Shown here: in pieces, positions 47,295-62,989 of the stretch
How the letters are laid out: each line of letters starts with the position of its first letter
Position numbering within the stretch: the first letter of the stretch is position 1
Assembly: GCA_964016885.1 (NCBI GenBank)
Contig: OZ024754.1
Span: 45,322,001-45,386,000, forward strand
Length of the DNA: 64,000 bases
Direction of reading: 5' to 3'
DNA from: Eledone cirrhosa
Taxonomy: Eukaryota
The notes under the pieces: model-generated
The model's database searches: none
The model's input: only the letters and a program-made list of their open reading frames with translations
Told to the model about the DNA's origin: nothing
Made by a program: the position numbers and the translations under genes

Positions 47295-48693
47295 GATGGA
47301 AAAATATATATATAGATGGAAAAATAGAGATAGATATATTTACAGACATAGAAACACGCAATTATACATCATGTGAGTCTACATATGTGTGTGTATATGT
47401 AGGTATAGACGTATTTATGTATTTATATATGAATACATGTAGATAGGTATTCATGTATGTATGTATCTATGTATGCAGATAGGTAGGTAGGCACACTATG
47501 TAGATAGATATATAGAGAGAGATAGGTAGGCAGCTATGTAGATATATATATATATGTAGATAGGTAGGTAGGCAGCTATGTATATGTAGGTACGTAGGTA
47601 GTTAGGTGGATGTGTAGATAAATAGTTATGTGGTTATCCCTGTGTGGGATAGAAGAAGAAGAAGAAGACTAAATATTTTAGCATCGTTGCCATTCCACAG
47701 ACAACAAGACCGCCGACTATCTCTATATTAACACCACCATAACAACCACTGTCCACACACATACTGGTCCCGAACATATCCATCTGTATTTCGGCCAATA
47801 TTATTTGCCCCAACAATAACGAATGTTGTATTTCCCCTTGCGTTAGTCATCAGAATAGTTGCTTGCTGATCGCAAAACCCTTCGTACCATGTTATTAACC
47901 ACCTTTTCAAGTCTACAATACTCTCCTCGACCTGTTGTCAACGGCAGATCATCTCTCTTACGTTTTAATGGAAAGTTCTTTACTTGTCATTGTTCTATTC
48001 CCAGTCTATCCCAATAGTTTTTCTATTGGTGATGTAGTATGGATGTCGTCCTAACATTGCTTTTACCTTAAATTTTGATGCATGATTTTGATATTTAATT
48101 TCAGTTTCAGTCTTTTTAATATCATTCTCTGCAGGTGTATATAATTTTACCTTCATTTGATTTAAGATAAATAATAATTATTTGCTTGGGTACGAAGAAG
48201 AGATTACATAAACTGGAATGACACATTCCATTAAATGTGTTTAAATGTGTGATGTGTAATCCTACTTGTGCGTCAGTGCTGCTACCATTTGTATATTAGG
48301 AATATATGTACTGCATTCAATATAAATATTGATATTAACAATCCTTAACGCATTCACTCAGCACACACTCCAAATCAACACCTTTAAATTTTCTATTCCT
48401 CATGTTCAAATCCTCTCTCACTTTATCCCTACAATCTCTGTATTTCTCACACCTTTCCACCAAATTCTATCCCACCCTCTTCTCTCTATGATTCCCAACA
48501 CCTTTCATATTCTGACAACTTCGATGCAACACATGCGCAGTTCTAAATGTTCTGTCACCTCCTGTCAGTCGCTATTGTGTTCAAACGCTTCTGGACAAAG
48601 GACCAACAGAAACATCCATTAAATCAACATCGGTCAAAAAGTAAATATATATATATGTATAAACCCCCCCACACACACACACATACGTATATA

Positions 48694-48735
<42 letters not shown>

Positions 48736-49204
48736 TACATATATACACACACACAAATATATACACATACATATATACATATATACATACATACCTAGCT
48801 CAACAAACAGATGAATGATACAGAGCAATATACATACACCGTCTTTAATACTTCCATAACTTTGTCTGATGCAGCTTAACGTCTCAAACATATCTTCCGG
48901 TTTATTTATTTCCCGAGAACTTTTTCGAGAACAGAAGCGAAAAAGGCTCCGCGATATAAAGAATGTCTTTGTAAACTGATAATCAATTTAATAATAAATA
49001 ATATAATTAGTATATACTGAATACATCGGGTGGCAGTGTTTGTATATATCAGGTCGGAATGTGGCCTTGAAGAGACGGTTTCGGCGGTTTATATGGTATA
49101 CCTGTATCTTATGTATATGTGATGTATGGTATGTATGCATAGGTTATATTCATGGTATGAATATATATGTCTTCTATATATATATAGTGTATGTATGATA
49201 TTTA

Positions 49205-49846
<642 letters not shown>

Positions 49847-50351
49847 GTATATATGTATGATGTATATATATAATATACATATAGTAAAGAATGTATTGTG
49901 AGCGTGTGTTCAGACAACCGTCCCCGCCATCTCTTCTAGATTAAATTTTTATTCTTTCATCTACATTTACTGTTCTCTTTCCATATCGTAATCCCTCCTC
50001 TCCCATCACATACCCGCGCAAAATATTTCCATACCTTAATTTCTACCCTATGTGGAGATACATACCCTTTTCTACCCTATTTCTCCTCTCTATCCTTCCC
50101 TCTTCTTTATTCTCTATTTTTGTCCCGTGCAATATTCCTAGGCCAGATTTTCACAATGCCTCCTCAGAACTCCTACTCCTATCTGTGGCTTAAACAAATG
50201 AACAGCCTCTACTTCATAGCTCCAATTCCCTTCGTTAATTAATTCGAAAAAGATAATATATACCATAGTATACCCCAGGGACGGTTTGCTACATAGAAAC
50301 TGGAACCGCTTTGCCTCCCGATCACATTTATATGTGTGTGTGTGTGTGTGT

Positions 50352-50395
<44 letters not shown>

Positions 50396-50580
50396 GTGTG
50401 TGTGTCTGTGTGCCTGTGTGTGTGTGTGTATGTATATATATTTGCATATACATTTTGAACGAGACGGAAAAACAAAACAGAGATATTCAGCAAGCTATAA
50501 AAGTAGATGGACGGACAGACATGTATATAGCAATAGATGGACAAATAAATAGATAGAGAGACAGAGATAAATACATTGAT

Positions 50581-50658
<78 letters not shown>

Positions 50659-51260
50659 AGAGAGAGAAAGAGATAATACATCAAGCCATATTTTCCATCT
50701 AACATCCCAGGGACATCCGACATTCCGACAATATTCCCTGGATATACCGACGGCTGTTTCTCATCGATCAATATAGCACACTTAAACCGAGTATAACATG
50801 TATTGCCGCTCCCAGAGACACACAGACGCCGAAAAGAACTAATATATTTTGGATGATATTAAAATACACAACAAATAAATACCTTTACTTTGAGAATTCG
50901 CTCCCAAACATACATCATTTATGAATGGGGATTTTGCAGAATGTTCTAAATATTTTATTAATTTCATGAAATATTTTCTTTATATTTTTATTGATTATTT
51001 CATGTGAACCAGAATTGTTTTTTAGTTACGTTAGTTTAAATATATAACGTATTCTTTGGTTTGTTTTAGAATGAAGATAATTAATATATATATGCACTTA
51101 TGTGTGTTGGATATATGTGTGTACGTGCGTGCATGTGCGCGTGTGTGTGTGAGTGTGTGTTTATGTGTGTGCATATTTGTGTGTGTGTATAGTGAAAATG
51201 CCCGCGTGAAAGAAAAAGGTAAAATTTTCTCGAGTGCAAAAGGCTGTTTATTATTTATAT

Positions 51261-51445
51261 TGAATTGGCAGTATCGGTAGAGGGTTGGACGCCATGCTTT
51301 CTAGCATAGTTACATCCCTTTACGGTCTGAGTTCAAATCCCGCCAAGGTTAACTTTGCCTTTCATCCTTACGGGGTCGATAAAATAAAGTACCAGTAATG
51401 TACTGGATAATTGCTGGTCTTGTGCCTAAAGTAGAAACAATTATT
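51261..51445 (+). mobile_element. SINE S1 (short subfamily)
   Basis: Near-identical to the 9777 and 30725 copies. Confidence 0.92.
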
Positions 51446-51701
51446 TATATATGTAAAAGATTTGTCCTATCTTAGGTTAGTCCAAGGTGTGGCAGCAAAT
51501 TTGGACTTTGCACTGCTGTGCAGAATACATGAAGCAGCCGTTCAAAACTTAGGCCTATTGCATCAAGGACCTGATAAGCTAAATCTAAATTTTGGAATGT
51601 TGCCCCCATTCATTGGCTTTGGAACCTAAGGTAGCGCAATATATGTCATCTCTATGAACCACAATAAATAATATATATGCGTGTTTGTGTATGCATGTTG
51701 G

Positions 51702-51751
<50 letters not shown>

Positions 51752-51756
<5 letters not shown>

Positions 51757-51915
51757 CAGTGCTTGGATTAGTAGTTAGAGTATTGGATTACCAAACGTGA
51801 TATCGTGAGTTCGATTTCAAGACAATTCATTTAAAGTTTCTTCAGTTTCTTCATATGTACAAATGAGTTGCGACGTTACTGATACAAAAGTGGACATCGG
51901 TAGATTGGAGAGAAG
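51752..51915 (+). mobile_element. SINE S2, decayed
   Basis: gtgacagtgcttggattagtagttagag...gtgagttcgatttc...aaatgagttgcgacgt. Confidence 0.65.
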
Positions 51916-53730
51916 AGATTGGTACACATAGGTGCCAGCTGCTATATATATGTGTGCTCCTACGTGCATGTGTGTGTGATTGTATATGTGTGTTAAGAGC
52001 AAAGTTTTATATTGTTCATCTCCTTCATCTAATAAATTTTATTTCTTTTTATGACGCCCCACAGGGAGATTTCTATATGGCAATTACTAGTAACCAATTC
52101 TAATTGTTTTTGAATTATCTTTTATCAACTGCCGGACTACCATGGGAGTTGAACCAGGATTATAAAAGGATTTAACTAAATAGATCAATCAATATATATT
52201 CAACCAATATTTTTAATACTTTTGTCAGTACAAGCTATATTTGTATCAGTTTATTTAATTTAACATAACTGATATCTTGTATCACAAATACGTACAGGTA
52301 TTCAACAGGTATACAAACAGTTCGCTACATTTATGACATCGGGTGTGAAAGAGGCTTGTGTGGCTGAATCGGGAGAAAAATAAAACGAAAATGAAAAAAA
52401 ATGTCTTCATGTGTAAAGCTTATCACTTAATCCCGCAACATATTTCCCTGAATACATTGGTTAATGTCGCTATGTCGGATTCTCTTCTCAGCTTTCTTTT
52501 CTTCGAGATATGTCAGAAGCGATACTGAAATGATAAATTTCGGATGCGGTTCTTTAGTTAAATTGTTGTATTTTTTTATAAACTTCATCTAGATACACAT
52601 GTTAAAAATACGTTCAGTTTTCAATTCATTTATTAACAACTTAATTAAATTAATCCGCTTCTAATCAAAGCCAATTCTGTGTTAAAGAATCTGACATGAA
52701 ACAGAGAGTGGTACTTGACATCGTAATCCGATTCCTTGCATAAATGTTATTAGTTCATCGTGAATTATTTAAAATTGATTAAACAGGATCCAAGATGCGT
52801 TTTCTCTTCAGGTAATTGTTTCATCAGTTATTTGAATATTCAATTCACTGTTCAATAATTTACGGTAATAAATAATGTATCAGTTGATTACTTTCTATCT
52901 TGTGGCAACTAAATTTAATCACTATATTTTTAATGCAATGCAGGGTCTGCAATGGCTAATAGGCGAGCTGTCCACAAAAGGTTTTTCTAACTTAATTTAT
53001 TTGTTTGTCTTAATTTTTTAAACCTTTTTGCATAGTTTTGTTCATTTGACTACGGCCACTTTGGACCATCGTTTTCAAGGGTTTTAGGCGATAATATGGA
53101 TCCGACTACTACACCATATATAAAGAAGTACATTCGTTATAAAAATAAACAGACAGACAAAGCAATTTCACCTCTAATCCCCCAACAAACAACACACAAA
53201 CACTCAAGCTGAGGAAATACACCAGTATGGCAACTTCAAGACACCTGACAAAACTTTGGCATAATACAACTGGCGGCTCTCTTCACCAAGCGAAGTATTG
53301 AACGTCACATATATCAGACAGAAAGGTAGCTACATAATGGTAGTAACAAAAAGTTCAATAATAACTTCGTTTTATAATTTTCCAAAACTTGTAGTTACAT
53401 CATGACAACGCGCCGCCTTAGTCGTCGCTTCTGATTTAAAATTTCCTGGTAAAAATCTAATGTCTCCCATATAAAATGCTATCCACTCTACAAACATGCC
53501 TCACTCTCTCTCTCTCCCTCTTTCTCTCTCTCTCTCTATCTCTCTCTCTCTATCACTCTCTCACCCTCTCCCTCTCTGCCCCTCTCTCTCTCTCTCTGAA
53601 TTCTGGTTCTTCACAAAAGTGAAGATGCCATTGACTGTCTCATGTGCATGTGACAACTGACTGTCTTATAAAGCATGTGACAACGATTGCTCTTTGAATT
53701 ATATCTACAACTAATTGTCCCCCATCGGAA

Positions 53731-53829
53731 TGTACTGGAACAGCGTGAAATGAATTATCTGACTCAATTATATGATGTAACGTTAAATCCTGAGCCAAGC
53801 ACATTAACCACTAAGTCATTTGCCTTCAC
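53731..53829 (-). mobile_element. SINE S2 5' fragment
   Basis: ttaaccactaagtcatttgccttcac and cagcgtgaaatgaa match the 45070-45173 pattern. Confidence 0.55.
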
Positions 53830-56800
53830 AACACAAGCAATATGCTAGGGATAATTCGCCTGCATGTACTATATTTACAAAAAAATTCCATTAAATTTCT
53901 TCTACATTTTTCATCTGAGTGAAGATAATATATACCAAAATGTTCCTTTTAATTTCCATTGAAAATATATATTTTGTAGGCAGCTGTCTTACACCAAAAC
54001 TACGGTACTTTTTTTAGTCTAAAATTCTAAATAGAAATATAATATCTTTAAATTGAAAACGTTTTCAATTCCATTTTCTGTTCTTAATGCAAAGATATCT
54101 CATGTTTTTTTTTTCTACATTTTGTACATGAAATGTTATATTGCTAAATAGATACAATTAGAGCCACTCTGTTTCGTATTTGCTTTATTTAGTTTCGCTT
54201 GATGTGACAATTTCAATATTCTACAGCTTTCTATGCTTCTAAATAAAATGAGTATCCAATTGAAACGTTTAAAATATATTTCGGCAAGAATTTTAATAAT
54301 TGTATTTTTGTATTGCAGTTTTGACAGAATGTTGGTCAATGGAAAATATTTTGTTTTCCATTGAAAGATCTAATTTTAGACATAATTGTCACCTTATAGA
54401 CTAAGATGTCCAATTGTAAAATACAGTGCTTCTAAATGTTTTATAACAGCTTCTGTTATGATATGTGTGGAAGTAGTAGATATTGATTACAGAAGTAGGC
54501 AGAAATCTAACATCTTTCTTTCCTTACTAGAGTAGTTAACACATGAAGTTTTACGTAACAGCATTAAAGACAACTGTCATGTCACAACATTGTGAGGTTT
54601 TCATCATAAAAAGAGTAACATCTTTCTGCGACTATTTATTAGCTGCAATACAGAAGGAATATACTTGAACGACACTGACAAAGAACCGAGAAAATAACAA
54701 GGATTATTGAGATGTTTATAAGCAAAGTTCAACCAAACTCTATGAAGGACAATAGGCTGTTATAGATGGTACTGTTGAATAATTATCACGTCATATCTTA
54801 CTAGAGCTAATAAATGTTTTATATGAAGTTGTTATATATATTCCAAAACATCGCAGCCACATTTCAAATGATGAATTTAACTGTCCGAAATATAATCCTG
54901 TTTACAATGTTTGTACAAAATATATTTAGACATTGTTAAATATATAATAAATGTAGAATGAAGACAAGTGTTTTGTGAATACATTGTAACTATCCCTAAC
55001 ACAATATAATGCTACATTTGCTTACAATAACACAATGGATGTTTCCTATGTTACTCTACTATATAATAATAACCGGCTAATCACCTACTTTACAGTAATG
55101 CTTGCATCACAGGTCCGAACATTATGAAGTGTTTATTTGATTGTCGACGATTAATAAGACCGAAACATGGTCGCTTTGTGGCTGACATTTACCGAAAGAA
55201 TCCAAATCATATTGACTAATAAAAAAAAAGTTACTTTCCGCTTGCTGCATATCTTATTTCAGATGGATTAAAAAAGAAAGACGCTTTAATAACTGTTATG
55301 TTTTTTCCTGATAACCTTGAGTGGTTTTTAAGCCTTGTTATGTGCTGACCTTTACTAAATAAAAATGTAAAATCCCAAACAATATTCTTAGATAAAAAGG
55401 AGACATTCGATGTTGCAGAGTTAGATACGAGAAGGAAAACATATGAAATACATTTAAATGATAGAATATGCAATATATTGAAAGATTTAACATATAAAGA
55501 GCAAACAGGGCGTTGCAAATTGCTTAAATAATTGTAAAATCAGCATAATATGATTTGGTTTCATCAGATCTATTTAAGAAACAAGAGCATGTTGAACAAA
55601 TAATGGTTTACTGGAACTCGGAAAGAGGAGAAAGGAAATTATTTAATCAAGGAATGAAACGAAACCAAAAGAATCTTTCGGTAAAATATTATCAAGGAAG
55701 TACGCTATTTCATGAAACGAAAATTCTAGAGAAATTATGTGTTTATATGTGATTGTGTGTATTGCAGTTATTAATATGCTCCACTATTTAAAAGGAAGGG
55801 AGATATATATTTAGAACATTTCTTAATCATGCATACATTTAGAGAATCTTACACACATTAACATATACATATTAAACACTAAATATAAGGAAAATAGATT
55901 ACACACATATGTAAAACACACAAGACACACTATAAATATACACAGCATCCGACTACAAATGCAGAATTACGCTTTTATAAAACCATTCTTTATTTGTTCA
56001 GTATTATATTTGCCATTCAAATTATGGTTGGTTCTATATCTAGGAACAAATAGGAAACTGAATTTGGCTAGTTTTCAAGTTTATTGCCTTTTAGGTTAGA
56101 AAACGAAATCATTTTCAAATGTTGAGTTCTTTTGAAATTACATTCAAAAAGCATGATTGAATAAAATATGTATAGTGAGACTATTTACCGGAAATTCCTG
56201 TTCCAAATCATAGGAGTAAATAGAAGCGTAATAAAAAAAATACCTTGCTGTCGTTATTATAATTGCTCTTTTTGTCTGCTTGTTTCTTTTCGTTTCTTTT
56301 TTCTGTTTGGTTTTATTTGGTTGTTTTTCCTGTAAACAATGTTGAAGAATTGACAAAGTCTTATATTTCGTCTTCTTTTGAGCACAAAAAAGTAGTGCGC
56401 ATGTTTTTTTTTTGTTTATAGGAAACGGTGCTAAAGCCATTTCTATATATAGTTGTGGAAGCGTAAGAATAATATCAAGACTGAAATGGAAACTGTGTAC
56501 TACACTGGCAATATTTAGAACCTAGTACTACAATTAAAAAGTTTTTCTTTAGCAGCGGACATTTAAGTGTGTTCTCTCACAAACGCTGAACACTTTTTGT
56601 TGTTTCATAATAGAAACGTTCAATTCGCCAGTCTTCATGGAAAGTTAACTTATACTTTGATATGATAAGTGGTTACTGTAGCTTAACCCTGATTTACTGT
56701 ACGAGTTATATTTCTTCATTTAGAAAAGGTTGCGATATCACAAATTTGGGATTTGGATAATTTGTGTGATGGTATTCTTCGAGTGTGTTCGTGGATATTT

Positions 56801-57824
56801 ATAGAAACGTGTATCAATGACTATTGTATCGATATTAGAATTTCTTCAATGATACCTTAATCAGTTTTGGCAAGAGTGATTGATTGACAAGTCTGATTCA
56901 CAACTGTGAAACCTACAAAATATTCTGGCTCAATATAAAAGAGATACTTTTCAGGTATTTTTATTTCCAGTAGACATTGACGTCTATCATTAGTTTTTGC
57001 CGCTGCACATTAAGACATGGATCATATCCGTTCATTTCAATGTCAAAATACTTTCCTATTTGTATTTGAATACGCCTTTTTTCCTCTTGATGTATAGATA
57101 ATTACATCATGTTGACGTTTGCCTTTGACTGATGCATTATGCAAATGATGAGAAATTATATTGATTTGTAACCTATCTCAATCCTTCGAAGCTGAATCTA
57201 AATTATTATATCAATATCTTAAGCTTCAGATATAGAATGGTGACACTGATGACAATGATGACATTTGCTTGGAAATGTTTGATATCTATGTTTCAATAGA
57301 TAATTTCGTGGATATTGAATATATTTTCTATCTTAGGATATTAAAAATAATTTGTGAATTCAATATTTCGAATAAAATTGAATATTTTGAAAATATATTT
57401 CAATATTATGGATTATTGAATTTGTTTCGAAATTTCACTATTTTTTTTAAAACAAATATTCTTAAAAATTTAATATGTGGGATTATTGAATATCTCGAAA
57501 GAAGTACATATTGGATAATTGAATATCTTTTAAATATTCTTTTTATTTAAAATATCTCTTTCTAAAGAAGCTAAATGCTTCTGATTTGATGTTGCTATGC
57601 AGTGCTAGGACACTACTAACTAAACGGCGTATATTAAAGAGAAAAATGAGAATATATATTTTTTTAATGATGATATTAAGTGTCCCTCAAAACTCACGAT
57701 TGAAGTGTCACTTCTATTTGTTTCTCTTCATATGGCATGATGAAAAATGTCAATTACAAATGCTAACAACCGATACCGACACAAAAATGAATCTTCTCCA
57801 CTAACACCGAAACACGTTTCTTGG

Positions 57825-57935
57825 TTGTTATTTTATATATAAACTTGAACGAATGAAAAGCAAAGTTGACCTTGGAAGGACTCGGTCTCAGAGGGTAGGG
57901 TGACGGAATAAAGAAATGCAATGCATTTAACGAAG
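57825..57935 (-). mobile_element. SINE S1, highly decayed
   Basis: gaatgaaaagcaaagttgaccttggaagga. Confidence 0.6.
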
Positions 57936-58902
57936 CTGACAATTGGTTATAAATATGAGGGAAATTATAAAATTGTTCACCACACCCATCATATTTAAAA
58001 CATTATTCCTTCATTAATAATTTGTCGTAGAATCAGGATGAATAGAGTTATTCGCCCCTCTCTAATCGAATAAGTTCTTCGTATGGTTCTTAACTTATAA
58101 CCCATACGTAATCACTTTTATAGTTTATGAGAAAGATGGCAATTTAAGGGTGAACACATGAATCTCAGTAATATACATACACGCATCCATCTATTCCACG
58201 CTTGATATTTCAGTTATTATAGTTATTGTTATTATCAATATTATCAGTAGTAGTAGTAGTAGTAGTAATATGTCTATTACAACTATCGGTATTATTAAAA
58301 TAGATTAAGAATTGAGGTACATCATTTACGGAAGATCATTTGAATCATTGAAAGTTACATTGATCTAAATTATAGAGAGATTCCGCAGATAGCGTTTGAA
58401 ATGGTAAAATGGTGGACAGTCATTTAGCAAGAGATTGCTTTATAATTTAAGAGGGAATGAAACAAGGTTTAATGATACAAAGGTTTAAGAGAATTTATTA
58501 ATGAAGTAACTTTATAAACATTGTCTTCTCTTAATGAGAAGAAATACTAGGGAAGAGATAGATAGAGAGAGAGACTGAGGGCGGGAGAGGGAGAGAGAGA
58601 AAGAAATAGAGAGAGGGAGAGGGAGAGAGTGATGCACGGGATAAATTGTGAAGAAAGAAAGGTCGAAATGGGTAAATGAGCCGAGTAAAAGCCAGAATAT
58701 TATTAGAAAGTAACATACCATACTATTAAAAGTGAAAGTATGAGAGCGGTGGTGATGAAGAGCTATCAATGTGGAGGAAAGGGGGGATGGTGATGGCTAT
58801 AGATATGCAAATATCTGGAATGTGGTGGAGATACAGAGAGAAGTAAGAAAGTGACATGTAATGAGTTATGAACGTAGAATTAAGTTCTTATAAGGTAAAC
58901 AT

Positions 58903-58941
<39 letters not shown>

Positions 58942-58943
58942 AT

Positions 58944-59146
58944 ATCATGTTTAATATAGAAATGGCTTTTACAGGACTAGAACTGTTTCATTCAGAAGAA
59001 GTCAACAGAAATGCGTTACTAATGATTTCTTTAAAATGAAACAGCTCTATTCCAATTGAAGTCATTTCCATATTAAGCATGATGTTTACACTCTAATAGT
59101 GTATTGAGTACCTTACTAACTGTGGTTACACCTGATTAAACCCGGC
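58944..59146. mobile_element. Family B foldback element with an HHR-like core in both arms
   Basis: Arms at ~58944-59008 and 59019-59083. Forward reads ctaatga...gaaacag and reverse reads ctgttga...gaaacag (consensus CTGATGA). The tail contains tattgagtacc. Confidence 0.75.
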
Positions 59147-59373
59147 ACCCACACACGCACGCACACGCACATAAATATATATATATGTGTGTGTATGTTT
59201 GTATGCTTATATATATATATATACACAGATGTGCATATATATGTATAAACACACATATATATTCTTCTTCTTCTTCTTCTTCTTCTCCTTCTTCTTCTTC
59301 TTCTTCAATATCTGAATATATTATAATATAATATATTTACTCTGAAGCCGAGAATCATTCGGTTTCCTAGCTA

Positions 59374-59650
59374 GAATTTTAGTCTACGACTTCAGTTATA
59401 CCATTTACGTAGTTTTGTCTTTGCGTGCAATTGTTCTCGATGCTCCACATATGACGTATTATCTTCATTTTTTCCGTTCATTGCCAGAGAACGTCTCTAT
59501 GAACCACCTAACAGAATATTAGTCTACGACTTCTTTTATACCATAAACGTGGTTATGTCTTTGCGTGTAATTGTTTTTCACCGCTCCTATTAATGACATA
59601 TTATATTCGTTTTTTCCCCGTTCTTTGCCAGGGAACGTTTCCACGAACCA
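59374..59650 (+). repeat. ~140-bp tandem duplication (2 diverged copies)
   Basis: gaat.ttagtctacgacttc...ttgccag.gaacgt....gaacca at 59374 and 59514. Confidence 0.9.
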
Positions 59651-59733
59651 AAGTATCGTCTTCATGTCTTCCTGTGGTTGCAACGTTTTTTTTTAAATAT
59701 TCACTTCTGCGTTCACAGATTGACTTTGTTAGT

Positions 59734-59891
59734 TTCAGAAGATGCCGTTAAGGGTGAAAGTAGCGATTCTTTGCTTAAACTTTAATCTGTTATTTTAATA
59801 AATATTTGCTCTATGGTTCTTATATATTTGATATATATTTATCCTTATCGAGCCCTCTTTGTATTTTAGTCTTCAAATTTATTATTATTAC
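59734..59891 (+). mobile_element. Family E PLE-like 3' end (uninverted) with HHR-like core
   Basis: cagaaga-tgccgttaagggt-gaaa, then aataaa, tatcgagccct and a terminus at (TA)n; source of both halves of 20197-20288. Confidence 0.75.
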
Positions 59892-59904
59892 TATATATAT
59901 ATAA

Positions 59905-59952
59905 ACTTCGTTTTGGGATTTAATGGCAGCATGACCCTCCCGACGTATGACT
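59905..59952. mobile_element. Family D-related mini insertion
   Basis: ggcagcatgaccctccc between (TA)n tracts. Confidence 0.55.
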
Positions 59953-60402
59953 ATATATATATATATACATATAATCATAACACTTAAAACGAAAAATATA
60001 ACGAGACAGAAGAAAGAGAAATCTGAAATAAATGGTATGACATAAAACAAAGGTAAACCGCAAAAATAACAAACAAAAAAAGAGTTAAAATAGAAACCAT
60101 TATAAAATATGTAGAAATATGTTACATATGTAAAGATGAAAGGGAAACCGATGATGCAATTGCTGCACTAATTGCAATTAGAGGATGTTACATGATTCAA
60201 ATGTCTGTTGACTTGACAACGATTGCTTAACGTCTTCGTAGTAACTTCAATGCGGGAGCTAGTGTGACAATAATTTTCGTTGGCCAATGTTTACTGAACT
60301 CACACACATACACACACAGACAACTATATACCTACATTCCTCTCTCACCATTTACACACACACACACATACACACATATATATATATACAGTATATATAT
60401 AC

Positions 60403-60576
60403 AACAAAGAAGGTGTAGTAACATACCAGGTGGACCATAGCATAGCGCAGTACTCTATACTTAGAGTAGTAGAGTGGGTAAAAGGAAAAGTGTCGGCACC
60501 CCGACGGCGCTTTCGACTTTGAGATCTAGCTGTCGAAACGACCGGAGCTTAGCGGCCGGGGTTCTGACCATTTTCC
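60403..60576. mobile_element. Family A foldback element copy 5 (diverged)
   Basis: accaggtggaccata...agtactctatacttagagtagtagagtgggta plus an imperfect hairpin ending ttcc(TA)n. Confidence 0.8.
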
Positions 60577-60694
60577 TATATATATATATATAGAAGGATA
60601 AAGATCCTCTTTGTGGAATCGTAAGGACACCGTCAAAAGATGCGTATAAGGCACTTTTTTGCCTGGCGAATCACAACCCTCTCCATATATATAT

Positions 60695-60850
60695 AGAATA
60701 TGCAGGTTAGGCGAAATACGCCGCGAGAAAGAGAGACACCAACACTTATCGCGGAACATATCAATGGATCTAAGCAACAGTAGAAAGATTTATTTAAACT
60801 TCAGTTGTTTCTGTTTTTTCCATTCAAATAGCTGTGGCTATCAGCGAATT
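60695..60850 (-). mobile_element. Possible further PLE-like 3' end
   Basis: Minus strand gctgatagcc...cagaaacaactgaag..aataaa..., terminating at (TA)n, in the same TA cluster as family A copy 5. Confidence 0.35.
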
Positions 60851-60963
60851 ATATATGAGAGCGACTATGAATAAACGAAGTTAATTTTCACCTGTTCAAT
60901 GTACGTCACGTTTGTATATATAAACATATAAACGTGACGTACATATATGTATATAGGTATGTA

Positions 60964-61041
<78 letters not shown>

Positions 61042-61075
61042 TAGATAGATAGGTATAGACATACGTATATTTACG

Positions 61076-61106
<31 letters not shown>

Positions 61107-61186
61107 ATTTAAATGTTTATTTATATATCAATATATATATATATAGAGATATTTAAATGTTTATATATATATATATTATATATATA

Positions 61187-61223
<37 letters not shown>

Positions 61224-61246
61224 AATGTTTATATATATTATATATA

Positions 61247-61283
<37 letters not shown>

Positions 61284-61286
61284 AAT

Positions 61287-61325
<39 letters not shown>

Positions 61326-61616
61326 GTTGCATCTGCGACAATTATAATGAATGCTTCGGGGAGAAGATACTTGGAAATATAATTGAGATAATAGGCTGTA
61401 GATCAACCGTTAACCCGTTAAAGGTTGATATAATGACCTTGTATTTAATCATATCCCTCCTGTCGTACAGTAATAAAGGCCAGCTGGTTACGTAAATGTA
61501 GCAGTGACATTTCATTATGTGCCACAGCCATATTTATTTTTTTTCTCCTTTTAATACGGATACATGAATAAAATCACACATACGCACATAACCAGCAGAC
61601 AGCCCCAAGAATGACG

Positions 61617-61638
61617 CACACACACAGACACACACACA

Positions 61639-61706
<68 letters not shown>

Positions 61707-61975
61707 TGTATATGTATATATGTATATATATGCATACATATATACATATCATATATATGTGTATGTATATATATACATATATACATATGTATATATATAT
61801 ATATATGCATATATATATGTATGTATATATATATATGCATATATATACATATATATATATGTATATATATTTATATATATGCATATATTTATATATGTAT
61901 ATATATTTATATATATGCATATATTTATATATGTATATATAAATATATATATGCATATATATATATATATAATAT

Positions 61976-62021
<46 letters not shown>

Positions 62022-62136
62022 TATATATATATATATATATGCATATATATATATATATGCATATATATATATATATATATATATTATTCATATATATATA
62101 TATATATATATATGCATATATATATATATATATATA

Positions 62137-62178
<42 letters not shown>

Positions 62179-62197
62179 TATATATATATTTATATAT
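61617..62197. repeat. Compound (CA)n/(TA)n microsatellite with GC interruptions
   Basis: Directly visible. Confidence 0.95.
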
Positions 62198-62655
62198 TTG
62201 TATAAGACCTAATAAGTACATCGATATGTAGGTTATATGCAATACCCACCGGCGTTCAACAATTGTCATTCCTTTTTCTCCCTCATATTGAACCTTCTCC
62301 AGTAACCCCCATAATGCATTGCGCAAACGATGTAACATAATTGCAATTTGACATTGGAACATTTTTATTCATGTAATAGTTCCACATTGGATGTCTGCAA
62401 TTATTTCCTGACTTTGCAGAATACCTCCTTGTATTTGAGTTGAGTACTTACTAGTTTGGCGAATAGAAATCGATATATGCATTAAACCTGTTTCAATGTC
62501 ATCTTTGAACATTTTGCTATGATTATTGTCACCATTTCTATCTCGTTAACATGTTGGCTTCACCGAAGTATTAAGTAAGGTATATTGTAACAACCTAATA
62601 CATAACAGAGGATATATTTTGGCTTCCTTTCTCTCTCTCTCCCTCTCTCTTTCTA

Positions 62656-62698
<43 letters not shown>

Positions 62699-62727
62699 TT
62701 ATATACATATATATATATATATATATA

Positions 62728-62915
62728 ACGAAGGAAGTGTAGTAAGGAATCATATGGACCATAACGCACCAGAGTACTCAATACTTAGGGTAGTAGGGTG
62801 GGTGATAGGAAAATGTTTAACCCCGACGGCAGAGCTCAAGCCGTTTCAACGGCTATTTATGGACTGAAATAGCCGTCGAAACGGCTTGAGCTCTGCCGTC
62901 GGGGTTAAACACTTT

Positions 62916-62917
<2 letters not shown>
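62728..62917. mobile_element. Family A foldback element copy 6
   Basis: 80-bp tail plus ~50-bp arms (62808-62858 and 62867-62917). Confidence 0.88.

Positions 62918-62989
<72 letters not shown>

Noticed and set aside
47690-47990. Possible PLE RT remnants here and at 50680-50770, and a GIY-YIG-like remnant at 62250-62470 (-)
   Set aside because: Only faint motif echoes (RPIL, YTDGCF, spaced Cys). They need tBLASTn or HMM support that I cannot run.
61410-61440. Small hairpins (atcaaccgttaa...aaggttgat here; also 17493-17515 and 45574-45589)
   Set aside because: Short single occurrences expected by chance in AT-rich DNA, with no associated termini.
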